DNA from: Azolla caroliniana | Taxonomy: Eukaryota; Plantae; Polypodiophyta | Length of the DNA: 64,000 bases | Assembly: GCA_043228905.1 (NCBI GenBank) | Contig: JBHGNT010000018.1 | Span: forward strand, 10,168,001-10,232,000 | Direction: 5' to 3' | Part shown: piece after piece, positions 62,101 to 64,000 of the stretch | Position numbering within the stretch: the stretch's first letter is position 1 | Layout of the letters: every line of letters starts with the position of its first letter | Program-made: the position numbers and the translations under genes | The notes under the pieces: model-generated | What the model saw: only the letters and a program-made list of their open reading frames with translations | Database searches by the model: none | What the model was told of the DNA's origin: nothing

Positions 62101-62456
62101 GGGACCGATCTACAATTTGTCATCAACCGAGCTAGAAGTCCTTCGAGCCTATATAGAGGAGAATTTGGCAAATGGTTTCATTCGACATTCGAAATCTCCA
62201 GCCGGCACACCCATTTTCTTCGTCAAGAAAAAGGATGGATCACTTCGTCTCGTTGTAGATTACCGTGGCTTGAATAAGGTCACCATCAGGAACAAGTACG
62301 CACTTCCCCTTATCTCAAGTCTTTTAGAACAGATCAATGGTGCAAGGTTCTTCACAAAGATCGACTTACGAGGAGCATATAACCTCGTACGGATCCGTCC
62401 AGGAGATGAATGAAAGACCGCGTTTCGCACCAGATATGGGCACTTCGAGTATACGG
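59157..62456 (+). mobile_element. Tf1/sushi(Tcn1)-like Ty3/Gypsy 5' half: LTR 59157-59572, PEG10/Rtl1-like gag, PR and start of RT
   Basis: Gag KEPKIGLPMKFDG...FLNQ...LLSGSTLAW, PTPMEID, knuckle remnant CLYCGGPRHIAVNC, PR LLDSRANSCF, RT ORF 61892-62413 ([30 protein letters not shown]). Cut at GHFEYT|V by the next LTR. Confidence 0.93.
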
Positions 62457-62548
62457 TGTTGCGTTGTTACGCGGGTGCGTGTAGAAGGGGCGGGACCACT
62501 GGGGTCTTGGCCTGAGGAGCGAGAGAGAGAGAGAGAGGGAGAGAGGGG

Positions 62549-62638
<90 letters not shown>

Positions 62639-64000
62639 CACAGACACGCAGAAGCGAGAAGGAGAGATATAGAACGAAACACTTAATTACAATGACAAGA
62701 GATTACAAAATCCGACGGTTACAACCGTCAAGGCGGCGATGGGCCCGACACAAGGACCCTACTCACGCACACAGGCGGAAAACACTGGACCCAGAGAAAC
62801 GCAGAAGGAAAGGCCTCTGCTGGCAGCGCACGGGCTACCCACGAAGTAGAGGCGTCGAACTCCCAAGCACCCACAGAGAATGACGGTCGGAGGAGGAGAG
62901 AGAGTTCGGCCCTCGGTCCTACAACACTTCCTCCTCCTTAATGCGCGATCCCCTTTTATCTTCCTTCTCTCCCTCCTTAAATAGTTCGCAAAGGGGGGGT
63001 GCCCCCTTTCTCCCTAGTCAAATCGCTTTATTCCCTGTCCCTTTTGACAGAGATACGCACAATCCCCTAATAAATGTGTACTACTTAGTATTTACATTAG
63101 CCGATCCATTTATGAATCATGTACAAAATATAAAAATATCAATTCACGCGTCCATCCGTGTAAGAGCAGGTCCATGCGCCCTTTTCTCCGATTCCGCCCA
63201 TGGCCGGTTTTCTTCATGACATCCACCCCCACCAAACCACGCATCCATTGGCATGCGCCAGAGACAGGTAGTTACCGAAGAAAACAGGCTTCACTCGTCG
63301 CTCTCCGATTCTCCGCCGGGCCCGAACTGATCATCGTTGCCGCTCCCGCTCGCAGGCTCCGGCTTGTCTTCGAACCGCTTCTTGAACGCTTTGATCCGCT
63401 TCCCGGCCATCGGCACCGCTAACCGTGTCCCGTCGAGTTCCGCGAGGTGGTACGTGCCGTTGTCGTTCGCGCTCGTCACCGTGTAGGGCCCGAACCACCT
63501 CCTAGCAAACTTCCGCACCGCCTTGTGCTGATTGTCGAGGCTGCTGTCGTACACCAAGACCCAGTCGCCTTCCTCGATCTTCTTCGGTCACAACTGGTGT
63601 GTCTAGTTGAACCGGGTCTTGTTCTGCTCCCTTGCCGCCCGCAGCTTTTCCTTCGCACTTTTTATGTCCTCCGGCCTCCGCTCGAGTTTCCGAATCCGCG
63701 CAGCCAGCAACTCCTCCCGGTTCATCTCGTTCTTCCAATCTACCGCCGCCCACGAAGAAACCGTCCGTTCCACTAGCATGATCGGCTTTTGTCCATACAT
63801 CAGCTCTACTGGCATAAACCTTGTTACCGAACTGTGCGTAGTTCGGTCCGCCCATAGTGCGTAAGGAAGAAGTCGCGGTCAATTCCCGACCTGCCCTCCG
63901 CATGCACGCACCAACACATTTACGATCGGCCCGTGCCCACGTTCTACCTTTCCGTTCGCCTCTAGATTGTATGCCGTAGTGAGGGAGAGTTTGACCCCTA
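62457..64000 (-). mobile_element. Ty3/Gypsy 3' end: integrase C-terminus, PPT-position tract (63222-63240) and 3' LTR (62457-63221) containing (GA)n
   Basis: ORFs 63603-63815 and 63291-63557 (KFARRWFGPY...GTYHLAELDG). Minus strand GTGGTTTGGTGGGGGTGGA then TGTCATG...GCAACA. The LTR end is related to the LTR at 4776. Confidence 0.88.

Noticed and set aside
62337-62672. ORFs with ER or LS dipeptide runs (also 4047-4386)
   Set aside because: They are translations of (GA/CT)n microsatellites inside LTRs.

Overview
Eukaryotic, transposon-dominated plant DNA. The retroelement repertoire suggests a non-seed plant such as a fern (inference only). One host gene is present: a minus-strand SUVR1/2/4-family histone H3K9 methyltransferase (WIYLD, pre-SET, SET, post-SET; 10 coding exons over 15088-32988, about 848 aa). 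It has two GC-AG introns, and one of them is a 13.9-kb intron that splits the SET NHxC motif and is filled with head-to-tail RTE/RTEX-like LINEs and a decayed Copia element. The rest is nested Ty1/Copia and Ty3/Gypsy elements, LINE fragments, a hAT-type non-autonomous element and microsatellites. The most unusual items are: (1) a 2.6-kb non-coding LTR element (54295-56926) with a tRNA-Arg primer-binding site after the 5' LTR, an inverted copy of that site where the polypurine tract should be, and no target-site duplication; (2) a Tf1/sushi(Tcn1)-like Gypsy element (59157-62456) with a self-priming PBS, a -1 frameshift signal and an antisense tRNA-like Pol III A/B-box cassette in its LTR. All calls come from reading the sequence by eye; no database searches were run.
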